64,000 nt of DNA, from NCBI RefSeq assembly GCF_006345805.1, contig NC_043001.1:91326001-91390000 (forward strand). Direction: 5' to 3'. Of the stretch, positions 12,836 to 28,328 are shown in pieces. Every line of letters starts with the position of its first letter. Within the stretch, counting starts at the first letter, position 1. The stretch comes from Octopus sinensis (Eukaryota). Made by a program: the position numbers and the translations under genes. The notes under the pieces were generated by a model, which saw only the letters and a list, made by a program, of their open reading frames with translations, was not told the DNA's origin and made no database searches.

Positions 12836-14600
12836 ACAGGCACAAGGCCTGAAATTTTGGTGGAGTAGATAGTCAAATGCATTGTCCACAGTACTTGACT
12901 AGTACTTTATTTTATTGACTCTGAAAGGATGACAGTCAAAGCCGGACTCGGCGGAATTTGAACTCAGAAAATAAAGCCGGAAGAAATGCCGCTAAAAATT
13001 TTGTCTGGCGTGCTAACGGTTCTGCCATCTTGTCGCCTATTGAAGGAAATATTACCAAGAAGAAATTATTAAGATATGGATTTGTTTCCGGTGGCTCTCA
13101 CCTTGCCAGGGTATGATCCCCACCCTACCGTGTTTTCAGGATCATTTACTGAGGCACATGTAGAAAGAAGACAGGCAGTATCAGGTGATGCAATTGCAAT
13201 AGACTGCTGGTAATTCGCTTGCTATATCGAGTGATCCCTTCTTAGGCAGTCCATCTACTGTTGTCCTCTGTCGGTCCAAATGATACTAAAATCAAACATT
13301 GTTGTTCCCTATGATGGTTGTTTCTTGTTGTGGTAGAGGGCTTCTGTGGTTCAATCCATCTGAGAGTGATGCCGTCGGGTGTCTAGTGCTTCTAATAAGG
13401 CCATCCACGGCGAAGTTGTAGAAGACGACTCAGACAGAACACGGCCAGTCCTACTTCAAGACCCCCAAAGTCAACATATATGTATTGATGCATGTGTGTG
13501 AATTTATATATATTTATATATGTATGTTTGTGTAAATATATGTATGTGTGTGTCTGTGAGTGAATGCGTGTGTGTGCGCATACGAGCACGTACAAATGTA
13601 TGTATGTAGATATGTATATGTGTATGTATGTGTATGCCTTTACGTTTGACATAGTTTCGTGTCTATATCCCGTAACCTTACCGCTGCATTAAACATACAT
13701 TGCTAAAATAGGAACCAGACCCAAAAGTAAGAACTGGGGCAGTAGGGCGGGGATATGAACAGCTAAAGTTCCTTTATATTTTATACAGGGTGATTCAGAA
13801 ATCCCGGTGACATTTAAATGATAAGTTAAAATTTTAACTTTTTCATTTATTAGAGATTTTGTTTTTATATATATTTTTAACACCATCTTAGCTACTTTAT
13901 TGTGTATATATTTTGGTGAAATAATCTTTTCTACTTTAGGCACAAGTCTCGAAAATTTGGTGGGAGCGGGCACAGTCGATTAGATTGAGCCCAGTACGCA
14001 AATGGTACTTAATTTATCGACCCCGAAAGGATGAAATGCAAAGTCGGCCTCGGCGGAATTTGAACTCAGAACGTAAAGACGGACGAAATACCGCTAAGTG
14101 TCTTCCAGCATACAAGAACTTTTCAGGCCAAAATTTACACCCGAAAAGGTTAGTTAGGCTTACACATCAGATGACTTTGGAGAATCTTATTTCTTTACTA
14201 CCCACAAGGGACTAAACATAGAGGGGACAAACAAGGACAGACAAAGAGATTAAGTCGATTACATCGAACCCAGTGCGTAGCTGGTACTTAATTTATCGAC
14301 CCCCGAAAGGATGAAAGGCAAAGTCGACCTCGGCGGAATTTGAACTCAGAATGTAGCGGCATACGAAATACCTATTTCTTTACTGCTCACAGGGGACGAA
14401 ATACCTATTTCTTTACTGCTCACAGAGAGGACAAACAAGGAGAGAGAAACGGATTAAGTCGATTATGTCGACCCCAGTGCGTAACTGGTACTTAATTTAT
14501 CGACCCCGAAGTCAACCTCGGCGGAATTTGAACTCAGAACGTAACGGCGGACGAAATACCGGTAAGGATTTCGCCCGTCTCGCTAACGTTTCTGCCAGAA
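12836..14600 (-). mobile_element. Several SINE family A copies (about 12836-13040 and 13935-14600)
   Basis: Shared core in reverse orientation. One copy has a duplicated tail at about 14365-14425. Confidence 0.75.
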
Positions 14601-14826
14601 ATTCAGCAGGATTTGAAAAGGTAGTGATAATATTTGAATGTGTACACTGTACACTACGTCGACTTATATGCCAAAAATACAGCATATGACAATATTGACT
14701 AGAGAGAGATATTTACCACTGATGAATAATACTATATCTGGCGATATTCAGCTAATCATCCGTGACGTTAGTTTGTAATTGGCAGTGACAGTAAGAAAAT
14801 GTCTAATTTTACTGCTTAAAAAGATC

Positions 14827-15267
14827 GGATCTTTTCGGTTTGAACGGCAGTTTTTAAAAATAATTTTCACGTAACTAAACATTTTTAAACTTCGTATACT
14901 GGTAGAATGTGTTTATAAAACATCTTTTTCTCTTGGCTTTATTGAGAAAATTCTATAGTTTGTAAGATATTTGTTGTTTTTTTCTTCAATTTCTGCAATT
15001 TCAACCAATCAATGACCGTCTATTGAGGTGAAAACATTTTGTGCCGTATGAATATGTCCCTCGTTTAAGAAACAGATTGGATTTATTTACATTTCTGAAG
15101 AAAAAAAAGATACCCTTCCCTCACCCTTAACCCTAACCCTAACTAACCCTAACTAACCATAACCCTAAAAGAGATTGAAATGCAATAGATCGATTCTAGG
15201 GTCATAATTATGGGTGACAATTTCATGACACCGCTAGAAAAAACTGCCGTTCAAACCGAAAAGATCC
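14827..15267. mobile_element. MITE with GGATCTTT termini, 8-bp TSD and internal telomere-like tract (Merlin-like candidate)
   Basis: TIR of about 29 bp ggatcttttcggtttgaacggcagttttt. TSD aaaagatc at 14819-14826 and 15268-15275. Degenerate (CCCTAA)n at 15124-15168. Confidence 0.9.
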
Positions 15268-15743
15268 AAAAGATCTTATGGAACGTTCTAGAAAGTTTTG
15301 GCAGGCTTATAAAATCCTTTGTGTTTAATTCTTTTGGGAGAATTTTTTTCATTGCAGCCGGAGTCCATGTTGTCTTTAGAACCACGTTTAACACTTTGAA
15401 GGCAGAAAACGGATATATCCGCTCAAAATTTTATTATTGTTAACTCCTGAAAGCAATTTTACCCAACGGCTTTGTAAAACAACAAAACTTCCGTATGCTG
15501 CGAGGAGACACCTCCAGAGACACTTTTTTAATAAAAAAAAACAAGTTTTCAGATTTTCTCAGTATTTTTTTCTTTTTTTCATATTTCATCAGATATCTCT
15601 CTATAGAGCAAGAATCAAATATTTTTAGTGATGGATATGAAAATCGTACTTACTGGAGATATTGAAAAAGTATTGCAAATACGGAAATATACATTCTACG
15701 TATTTTTTTTCTTTTTGTGTGGATAATTAATATCTATTTCTAT

Positions 15744-15972
15744 TTCTTTACTACCCACAAGGGGCTAAACACAGAGAGGACAAACAAGGACAGACAAAGG
15801 GATTAAGTCGATTATATCGACCTCCGTGCGTAACTTGTACTTAATTTATCGACCCCGAAAGGATGAAAAGCAAAGTCGACCTCGGCGGATTTGAACTCAG
15901 AACGTACCGGCAGATGAAATACCGCTAAGCATTTCGCCCGTCGGGCTAACGATTCTGCTAGCTCGCCGCCTT
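15744..15972 (-). mobile_element. SINE family A full-length copy
   Basis: Head to tail in reverse orientation. Confidence 0.85.
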
Positions 15973-16239
15973 GTGGATAATTAATATCATTACAGGAATG
16001 ACCATGAAATTTAATTACGCCGTCAAAAGGTTAGTAAAATAATTTTCACTTTACAGCTTTCTCTCTAAGAGATTATTCTTGCTGTAACCGTCAATTATGT
16101 TCTAATATATTTAAGAAATATTTTGGCTTCCGTCTTTTGGCAATTCATCATTTCTTAATTCACAAACTTAACCTTCCTATAACAAATTGTACATTATGTG
16201 CATTAAAAATGTTTAATGTTATTAATAATCCTTTTTTTT

Positions 16240-16437
16240 TCTTTTACTTGTTTCAGTCATTTGACTGTGGCCATGCTGGAGCACCGCCTTTAATCGAATC
16301 AAATCGACCCCAGGACTTATTCTTTGTAAGCCTAGTACTTATTCTATCGGTCTCTTATGCCGAACCGCTAAGTTACGGGAACGTAAACACACCAGCATCG
16401 GTTGTCAAGCGATGTTGGGAGGACAAACACAGACACA

Positions 16438-16477
<40 letters not shown>

Positions 16478-16665
16478 CACATACATATATATATATATAT
16501 ATACGACTGGCTTCTTTCAGTTTCTATCTACCAAATCCACTCACAAGGCTTTGGTCGGCCCTAGGCTATAGTAGAAGACACTTGCCCAAGGTGCCACGCA
16601 GTGGGACTGAACCTGGAACCATGTGGTTCGTAAGCAAGCTACTTACCACACAGCCACTTCTACGC
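16240..16665 (-). mobile_element. SINE family B full-length copy
   Basis: As other family B copies. Confidence 0.85.
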
Positions 16666-16869
16666 CAATGTACTTATTCGCTACAACACTGTTGTTCGAA
16701 GACATCGCAAATGCGGCAATTTTTTAGTTCGAAAGTAGAGTTATATTTCATTGTTTTTCTTGATGATCCCATGGGAATAAAATATTTTTTAGGCATAATA
16801 TTTAAAAATTAAATGTAGCGTTATGTGTTTTCGTATGGTTTAAAGTTGAAACACGCCTAGAAACTCAAA

Positions 16870-16961
16870 TACGCACGCACATACAAACACACGGATGCAT
16901 ACATATTATATGTGTGTATGTATACATATTTGTATCTCTGTCACTCTGCATGCCTCTCCCC

Positions 16962-17001
<40 letters not shown>

Positions 17002-17269
17002 ATATATAAATGTATATGTATATATAAATATATAAAGTAAATACATAACAACTCGCATATTCCTTTTCAACCTGCTACATACACACACACACACACATAT
17101 ATACATATATATGTATGTGTGTATGTATGTGTGTGTGTATGTGTGTGTATATATGTATGTGTGTATATATATGTATGTGTGTACATGTATATGTGTGTGT
17201 GTGTGTATATATACTTATGTATATATATATATATAGTACATATATATATATATGTATATATATATGTAC

Positions 17270-17301
<32 letters not shown>

Positions 17302-17370
17302 TTATATATATATATGTACATATATATATGTACATATATATATAGATAGATATAGTTTGCGTGCATTCTC
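16870..17370. repeat. Compound (TC)n/(TA)n/(TG)n microsatellite field
   Basis: Seen directly. It explains the spurious low-complexity ORFs here. Confidence 0.9.
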
Positions 17371-17633
17371 TCTCTCTCATACACACACAGGTCAAGATTG
17401 ATGCGTATCATAATAATACCAACCTTTATTTTGAAGACATATGGTAGCATTCCTAAAACAGTCACAGCTTTATTTTTAGAAATGTCCTAAACATACATAG
17501 CTATATAAGTAATGTTTATACGCACGTTGTATCTACCGTACATTATACCTACAACGTTTTATATGTACAAAAATAACTAAAAGTACATGAGATGCTGCAC
17601 CACCGCGTCCATCTATGTCTTTGTAGATATACA

Positions 17634-17686
<53 letters not shown>

Positions 17687-17773
17687 CTCGATATATAAGA
17701 GTGTGTGTGTGTATGTGTGTGTGTTTGTATGTGTGTGTGTGTGTGTGTGTGCATTATATATATATATATATAA

Positions 17774-17805
<32 letters not shown>

Positions 17806-17938
17806 CACCGTGACCACCGTGACCGACCAGGGTATCAGATGTTGCTACACATCGCTGGTCACAATGCGCTTCGCATTGTTTTAGCCTTCAAATGACGCCA
17901 TCCTGCTGGCTAAGCGAGCAGGCCAATACACACACGCG

Positions 17939-17980
<42 letters not shown>

Positions 17981-18688
17981 ACACACACACACACATATAT
18001 ATATCTTCTTCTCTGTATATAAAACTGAAATGCGTTTTTACCGCTTGGATCGCTTTCAATGCCACTACATCCCGTCCGATTCGCTCCAAAATTTACAGGG
18101 ACATGTAGAATGAGGTGACGATGCCCGTGGGCTACCTTAGAAATTGAAAGGTGTGGTTGCTAGAGGCCATTTTCCTCACTCACGCTATTTCCTCCTTTCC
18201 CTCTCTTACTCCCCTTCATGTATAACTTTGAGAAGTCCACTCCCATTATTTAATGTATTCCCCTCAACTCCCTTTCACTTTCCCTTTATAAGTTCGTCAG
18301 ACGGCTTTCTTTGATGTATCTGTCTGCATTCATAGGGAGAATTATCTTCGCTACCAACAACACACAATCATGTGAACAAATATTATGAATCAGATATTCA
18401 TTGCATTCATTTATATATGTGTGTGTGTGTTCGATATATAAATATGTATATATACAAAGTGTATATATCTGTATTTATGTATATTAAACTTTTTAATACT
18501 TTTTGATAGTTATATATATTTTTAAACAAATTATAAATATAATTTAATAATTTTTATTTTAAATTTAAATAATTTAAATTTTTCAATTTTATATATTTTC
18601 TATATTATATTTTTATTTTTATGTTTTTGTTTTTGTTTTTTTTTTTGCCTATTAGTGGTTTTATCTCTAATTTAATTTATACATATAT

Positions 18689-19684
18689 TGTTACGGACCA
18701 CCTGGTGCCGTCGCTCGGTCGATCAGCGAATGTTTTCGCCACGGAAACTCGGAGAGGAGAGGAGAGATAGAACAACAACAGCAACAGCAGCACAGAGATA
18801 CAGAGGCAACCGAGGGAGACACAAAACGGCAAGGCAACAACTGGCTTACATTTAACACTAGTTTATGACAATCAATTGTTACACATCAAATACATTTCAA
18901 GGAAACATTTAAAGGAGGACGTGACACTCAATACATCATACAACAGATCAAAGCATTTAAACATGCAAGTAACAATATAACAGCCCGGAGACAACAGTTC
19001 TATTTCAAAGGTACACGTCCGAAGACACATTAAAGGCCTAACAGTTCAATTGTTCATTATACAATGTTCGTATCACAACAATTCACGTTACAATTCAATG
19101 TTCATTATCGACTACATCAGAGTCCTTCTTTTTCTCTCTCTTTCTTCTTTCTCTTTTTTCTTTTACATCGTAACACGTATCAATACAATTAAATACCTTA
19201 ATTCCTAATTAGAATAGCCAGTGTCCCATATTGCACTTCATCTCTCTCCGTACCGCTAACTCCAACTTGCCAAGCTCCTGAATTCCCAACTGCTTGCTCA
19301 TAAAATTCCAACTGCTTGCCCTGACTTTCAAAATCCGACTGTCCTCTTTGACGACCGAATACAAACTGTTCCTCTATCACTACCCCTCAATCTGTCTCTA
19401 CTGCTTATACCCTCTCTATCTGCTCTCAGCCCTAACTGCCTATCTCTATCGCGCTGCTGCTGTCATTCTCTCATGACAGCTCTCAGATCCCTTACTCTAT
19501 CTTTCTCACTACTTTCCTTCTTCCTCACATCTCTCTGACCCCCAATCGACCGGCAAGGCCAAAGGTCCCTCCAAAAAGCCATTACTCTTCCAGTAAACAA
19601 AAGCCTTTCGTTTTTGACTCCAGACCTGCCGGCGCCACTCCCACAAAGTGGGTCAAGAAATACTGCACTAGCCAAACCATAACA
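18689..19684 (-). mobile_element. Solo LTR (996 bp), probably Gypsy-type, nested in Helitron copy A
   Basis: TG...CA termini with short inverted ends (TGTTACGG / CCATAACA), 4-bp TSD ATAT, and an empty site in copy B at about 22745. No internal coding region. Confidence 0.75.
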
Positions 19685-19726
19685 ATATATATATAATTTG
19701 TATATATAATGCGTGCACACACACAC

Positions 19727-19813
<87 letters not shown>

Positions 19814-19864
19814 GTGTGCATTATGTGGTCGGTCGGTTCAGCTGAAAATATGCACACCTATGAA

Positions 19865-20846
19865 CCCTTTCGTTACTATATTTCTGACCAAAATACACCC
19901 CTTATGTGTTTCAATTAATTTCTAACATAATCATAAAGTTAGTGTGGTTTCATTAAACAACTATAACTTTTTTATTTAATCAATATATTAATGTGATTTT
20001 TGGAAGATAATTGAATGAAATGTTCTCAACCAATTCTATACTATAATTTTTGTCATAGAAAATGGGTTATTAGCTAATATTCAATTGGGTATACAACAAA
20101 ATTTTACGATAGAATTTGTTATTCTGGGTAACCTTCTGATACCCATAATAATATTTATGGCAAAATAGTCTTAATTTCATTTAAGGTTGTGGGAAACCAC
20201 TAACTATCCTTTCTTTCGCTTTGTTTACATTTAGCGTAACGATTCGTTTCCGCCGTAATGATTTCAAATAGGCTCATTCGAAAAAGTAAAAGGAAATAGT
20301 CTAAGGCTTTACTCTCCTGGGAAAGTCAGTGGCTTGGTCCAGTTTCTTCAGAAAAATCACCGAAAGAAACAGTTTTTCAATTTTCACTCCATTCAGGTGC
20401 CAATTCATTTTCTTTATCACTTTCGGAAAATGAAACATCAGATTCATTATCAAATACCACGTGCTTTTTTTTTTTTCAGTCATAGAGTTAGATTTATCAA
20501 GGTCTTCAGTAGAAAATCCTTCGAATTCTGACTCGCTGTTTGATATGATGAAATTCGTATCCATTTTTTGTTAGAATTACAAAGTTTGAAAACACAATAG
20601 GAACAAATTTTGGAAAAAAATCTCCCAAAATTCACGGAAATAAAATTACACTTCGATTGTTGTACAAAACTGTAGATGAACTGTTTACGAAGTATAATCA
20701 CGTGTTTTCACGAATGTAATAAAGAGATTTTGCTCTGATATTCCCATTTAAATATGAATAGGTAAATACGGGTGGGTTTGGGCGGTTTGGTCACATTAAC
20801 CAAAATTTTTTTTCGGGCGGCTTTGGGCGGTTTGGTAACGAAAGGG
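19865..20846 (-). mobile_element. Non-autonomous piggyBac derivative (982 bp) nested in Helitron copy A
   Basis: TIR CCCTTTCGTTAC / GTAACGAAAGGG, TTAA at 20847-20850, and an empty TTAA site in copy B at about 22929. The acidic ORF remnant MDTNFIISNSESEFEGFSTEDL resembles a piggyBac transposase N-terminus. Confidence 0.85.
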
Positions 20847-21985
20847 TTAACAGTGCTGGCAAGTTTGCATGACAACTATTTTTTCCCTCAAATGAAAGGC
20901 GTCCTCTAGGACAAAATTCCTCATCGTATAAAATGTGGCCCCAGTAGACCCGAATGAAATCGGGTTATATTAACCAAAAGGTGAAAAGAGGTATAAATGG
21001 GGCTGGAAGGGGATTAAAATTTAAAGGAGCGAGTGTTTAGGAATTCTCTGTCACATCAACCTAAAAAATTTGCGCCAGCCTTTTAATCTTCAATGTGTTG
21101 CCGTCCATGATGAAGAGGTTTTTAATGCTTGCCATGGTGAGTCTACTGTCGGGAGAAAGAATCACTTCAAAAATTGGTGTTTACGAATTTTCTTTTACAT
21201 CAAGTTCAAAATTTTACGCCAGCCGTTAAACTGTCAATACGTTGCTATCAGCCGTTAAGAAATGCCAGCCATGGTGACTCTACTATCCTCACATTCTATC
21301 CCTTCAAACTTTGCTTTCCAATATTTTATTATTTTTATTCAGCTCGCAAGTTCGTCTGTCCCTTTTAAATGTTAGCGTTTTGCTGTCTGCCTTGAAGCAG
21401 ACCTTTCCATTGCCACTGCCTGATATTTATGATTGATCTTTCTAAATATTTTATTTCTCAACTTACTCAAGATGTTTTGTTGTTTATAAATGGGAGATAG
21501 ATAGATAAAGATAGAGAGTAAGAGAAAGCGAGGGAGAGTCCGAGAGAAAAGAAAAGTAAGAGAGTGGGAAAGTGAGAGAGAAAGGAGTGAGAAACAAAGA
21601 GAGAGAGTCATCATCATCATCATCGTTTAACGTCCGTTTTCCGTCCTAGCACGGGTTGGACAGTTTGACCGGGGTCTGGGAAGCCAGGAAGCTGCACCGG
21701 GCTCCAGTCTGATCTGGCAGTGTTTCTACAGGTGGATGCCCTTCCTAACGCCAACCACTCTGTGAGTGTAATGGGTGCTTTTTTCGTGCCGTCGGCACAG
21801 GTGCCAGCGGGGCTCGCAGCGGCAACGATCGGTTGGTGCTTTTTACGTGCCACTGGCACAGAAGCCAGTCAAGGCGGCGCTGCAATCAGCCACGTTCGGA
21901 TGGTGCTTTTTACGTGCTGAAAGGAAGCAACAGAAAGTAACAACCACACTCTTATCCGCGCGTAGAGCGGGTCACCTTCAGCTAG

Positions 21986-24070
<2,085 letters not shown>

Positions 24071-24141
24071 TATATATATAAAGTTAATCCAAACATGAAA
24101 ACACAAAGAGAAAACACAACGCGAGGACGTGGAACAAATAT

Positions 24142-24218
<77 letters not shown>

Positions 24219-24562
24219 ATATATATATATATACATACATACATACAAGCGATATTAGCAATAAACAGCTATGCAATAAATTCTTAATTATATTAGAGGA
24301 TGCAAGAAGCTTGCTAGAGAGTGGAGTGTGTGTGTGTATGTGTGAGTGTGTGTGAGTGTGTGCATGTATGTGTGTGTGTGCGTGTGTGTGGTGTGTGTGT
24401 GTGTGTTGTGTGTGTGAGACACAAATTAAAAATTCTCAGGAGAGCGTGAAATAAATATTTTCAAAATTTTGAACGGTGAAACTGAAAGCAGATAAAACTA
24501 AATAGCAGCGTGTAAATATTGGGTAAAGAAAAACTCTTGGATAACAAAAAAGAAAACTGTCG

Positions 24563-24651
24563 GAGATATCCGTGAGACGCGAACCCACATCTACAGCGGG
24601 TCCCATAGATCCAGATGTGGCAAGCGTGTTATCATTGGGCCACACAGTCTC
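24563..24651 (-). pseudogene. tRNA-like Pol III unit (about 89 nt)
   Basis: A-box-like TGGCCCAATGATAA, well-formed T-arm GTGGG-TTCGCGT-CTCAC, GAGA/TCTC acceptor-like pairing, downstream T-run terminator. Anticodon and variable region are atypical. Confidence 0.35.
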
Positions 24652-24657
24652 ACTCAC

Positions 24658-24690
<33 letters not shown>

Positions 24691-25166
24691 TGTATACACA
24701 TACATGTTAGTTTATGTCGGACGATTGAGAGAGGAGTAGTGAATACATATTAAAGGGGGTATGTTTGCTTTTTGTTGAGACTGACAGTTTGTTTCGCGAC
24801 TCAAGTTTCACGCCACAGTGATCTCCAGGCAAGAACTGTTACAACTCAGTATTCCTAGTATATCTATATCGTTCGATGCGCGCATGTGTGTGTAGTTCAG
24901 TGTTTGTATTTGTTCGTTCGTGTCTAATGATTGCATGGTGTGACCTCTTCATTGGTTGTTTATGTTATTTTGTGATGTGATTCTTTTATTCGTTTCAGCT
25001 ATTTGACTGCGACCATGCCGCAACACCGCCATTAGTCGAACAAATCAACCCCAGAACTTATTCTATGTAAGTCTAGCACTTATTCTATCGGTTTTTGTTT
25101 GCCGAACCGCTAAGTTACGGGGACATAAACACACCAACATCGGCTGACAAACGATATGTGGGGAGA

Positions 25167-25210
<44 letters not shown>

Positions 25211-25429
25211 CACGATAGGGTTTCTTTCACTTAGTAATGGCGAGCTTTTATCTTGTACGTGCGCACGTGTGCGTGTGCGTAAGGTTTTGAATGTACGTTG
25301 TTTTTGAGAACGGTTGTTAATGAGTTTATGAATTAGTAAACTGAAAAAGTAATTAAGGGCATATTTATTAGCCAAATCGCTAATAATTGGGGTGACTGTT
25401 TTGTAAAAAAAACCCATCTATCCTTTTAT

Positions 25430-25930
25430 GGATGTTTGTTTCTGAACCCATCGTTCCTAACAGGCAAACTCTAACCGCTTTTACGCAGCAATCTTCTCTT
25501 CTTTGGGTCATCTACACTATAAGCTCTCTCTTACTGGTATTAGTATTTCTCCACCTTTCGGTGCTAAGTCTTTGCTTTCCTTGTCAGATTACCAGAACAG
25601 TCTCTTGGTGCTTCCAATACGTTTCTCCTTTCTTCACAGATTCCCAGGGCTTTCGCTTCCCAGGGCTTTCGCTTCCCAGGGCTTTCGCTTCCCAGGGCTT
25701 TCGCTTCCCGCAACTTTTCATGATCTTGCTGGCGTGTCTGACTTTCATCTTCAAATAAAAGCAATGTGCTGACTGCTCTTACTTTAGGGCTTTGAATTCT
25801 TCCTCCACTGATGGAACTGGTAAGTAGAGCTTAGAAGTCTTGCTGCATAGATTGACCGACCTGACGTTTGGAGGAATGCCCAGCAATCTTAACACGAATT
25901 TACTGCACAATCTCTCCGTTAGTTCCACCT
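25430..25930 (-). mobile_element. Decayed RLE-type LINE fragment, HERO-like clade
   Basis: Frames give ELTERLCSKFVLRLLGIPPNVRSVNLCSKTSKLYLPVPSVEEEFKALK...KVRHAS...ETYWKHQE.V, which resemble the RT-thumb/linker region of HERO elements. Internal 16-bp tandem repeat. Confidence 0.6.
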
Positions 25931-25984
25931 GAGTCATGGTTTTGCGGTATTAGCTTTTTGATATTAATTTTTTGTGGTATTTAT

Positions 25985-26520
25985 TCAGGTTCTTCATGTT
26001 CCGAGTTCAAACTCCGCTGAAGTTAACTTTGCCTTTCATTCTTACGGGATCGATAAAATGAAGAACGAAACAAGTACTAGGTCGATGGTATCAGTTATTC
26101 CCGATCCCTCAGAAATTTTGGCCTTATGCTGAAATCAGAAACCAGTTGCGGTGAGCTGGCAAAATCGTTAGCATACTTGACAAAATGTTTAAAGGCATTT
26201 CATCCGTCCTTACGTTACGAGTTCAAATTTCGCAAAGGTCAACTTTGCCTTTCAATAAAATGAGTACCAGTTGAGCATTGAGGTCGATGTAATCGACTCA
26301 ACCCCTCCCTCGAAACTACTTTTCTTGCACCAAAATTTGAAACCAATATTTGTTCTGGCTCTTTTCGTTCCGAGATCAAATCCTGCCAAAGTCAGTTTTG
26401 CCTTTCATCCCTTCGGGGTCGATAAATTGTAGTAACAGTCAAATACCGGGATCGTTGGTACCGACTGATACCCTCCCTCAAATTTTCTGACCTTGTGCTA
26501 ATATTAGAAACCATTATAAT
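25985..26520 (+). mobile_element. Three tandem degenerate SINE family A copies
   Basis: Shared core repeated in the same orientation. Confidence 0.75.
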
Positions 26521-26803
26521 GCAAGAATCGTCTTCTCTTTTGGGCTACTGTAATAACTTGCTTTCTCTGTAGTTGCTGACAATGTCGCCAAAAAGTAATT
26601 TCTTTCCTTTGCAGATAATCTTGAAGCGAGCAAAATCTGCTTTTAATAAATCATTTAATACTTACGTCCACGGGGAGCCATGTTGTCCTCTCTCAATATT
26701 TCCGCTGAATTAAACCAGCTTGCCCAGTTTCCTGTTTTTCTTATCAAATGCAATGGCGATGTTCGCCTCGGGAGACAAATACTTACATTAACACACCTGC
26801 ATA

Positions 26804-26880
<77 letters not shown>

Positions 26881-27004
26881 TTTATATATATATATATATA
26901 CTTATATATATATATATATTTATATACTATATTTAATATATCTATACATATATTTATATATATCTATACATATATATTTATATATATTTATATATATCTA
27001 TATT

Positions 27005-27045
<41 letters not shown>

Positions 27046-27090
27046 CTATATATATATCCTTATTTATATACATCCATATTTATTATATAT

Positions 27091-27139
<49 letters not shown>

Positions 27140-27148
<9 letters not shown>

Positions 27149-27455
27149 CAAGACTCCGCCGGTTACGAAGACGAGGGTCCCAGCTGATACGATCAACGGA
27201 ACAGCTTGCTCGTGAAATTAACGTGCAAATGGCTGAGCATCCACAGACACGTGTACCCTTAACGTAGTTCTCGGGGATAATCAGCGTGACACAGAGAGTG
27301 ACAAGGCTGACCCTTTGAAATACAAGTACAACTCATTTTTGCCAGCTGAGTGGACTGGAGCAACGTGAAATAAAGTGTCTTGCTCAAGGACACAACGCGT
27401 CGCCGGGAATCGAACTCACAACCTTACGATCATGAGCCGAATGCCCTAACCACTA
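27140..27455 (-). mobile_element. SINE related to family C (acgctgattatccccgagaactacgttaagggtacacg body)
   Basis: tRNA-like head GAGGGCGCGTGGCTTAGTGGTTAG...GAGTTCGATTCCC. The body matches 32130-32220 and 37480-37790. Confidence 0.75.
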
Positions 27456-27521
27456 AGCCACGCGCCCTCACATATTTATATATATACATATTTATATATA
27501 CATATTTATATACATATTTAT

Positions 27522-27556
<35 letters not shown>

Positions 27557-27571
27557 CATATATTTATATAC

Positions 27572-28244
27572 ATGTGGCAAAGTTGACATGGCCCGCAGAA
27601 TGTATTCCTGGATTCTCAGAACCTTCCAGTCAAGAGATTCCCACACCATTATCCTTCTCTTCTCCACTTTTTCCCGACCCCACCTTGAATACTGCCGTCC
27701 ACTGTGGTCTCCCTACACGAAACAAAATATTATGAGAATTGAAGCTCCCCAAAGGTCAATCACAAAAAAGATAGATGGCATGTCAGACCTCGACTACTGA
27801 GGTAGACTAGAAAAGCTGAAACTGTATTCACTCCAACGACGCCGTGAACGCTACATTATCTGTATGATGTGGAAAATATTCCATCAGCACTGTCCGAATG
27901 ATGTTGGCATCACCTTCAAAATACATCCAAGGCTTGGACTACATGCTATCCGTTCACAACAAAAATCTAAATCGCATCTCATAACAACAATACGGTACAA
28001 TTATTTCACCTCAATTGGACCCGCTCTCTTCAACATTACACCAGGACACGTCAAAACAGAAACTGACCACACAAAATTCAAGAAGTCTTTGGACAAATTC
28101 CTTCAAACAGTCCCGGACAAACCACCCACACCCGGATATGTCTCCGCAAACAATAACTCTCTGCTCGAATGGGTCTTGGTGCCCAAATCCTAAATTGAAA
28201 GACTTCGCCAGGTGGTGTTATAACTTTTCTAAGTTATTCTAAGT

Positions 28245-28246
<2 letters not shown>
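27572..28246 (+). mobile_element. 5'-truncated CR1/L2-group LINE 3' end inserted in (TA)n
   Basis: WILRTFQSRD...RPHLEYC.PLWSPY..QNI..IEAPQR..TKKI.GM..LDY..RLEKLKLYSLQRRRERY is a typical CR1-group RT C-terminus. Short 3' UTR with a ttctaagt repeat. Confidence 0.88.
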
Positions 28247-28278
<32 letters not shown>

Positions 28279-28284
28279 ATAATA

Positions 28285-28328
<44 letters not shown>

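Larger units (their letters stand above)
18004..21985 (+). mobile_element. Non-autonomous Helitron, copy A of a tandem dimer, with two nested insertions
   Basis: Starts A|TC...TATATAAAACTGAAATGCG and ends with hairpin TCCGCgcgtagaGCGGG + 10 nt + CTAG (21982-21985). Collinear with copy B. Confidence 0.88.
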
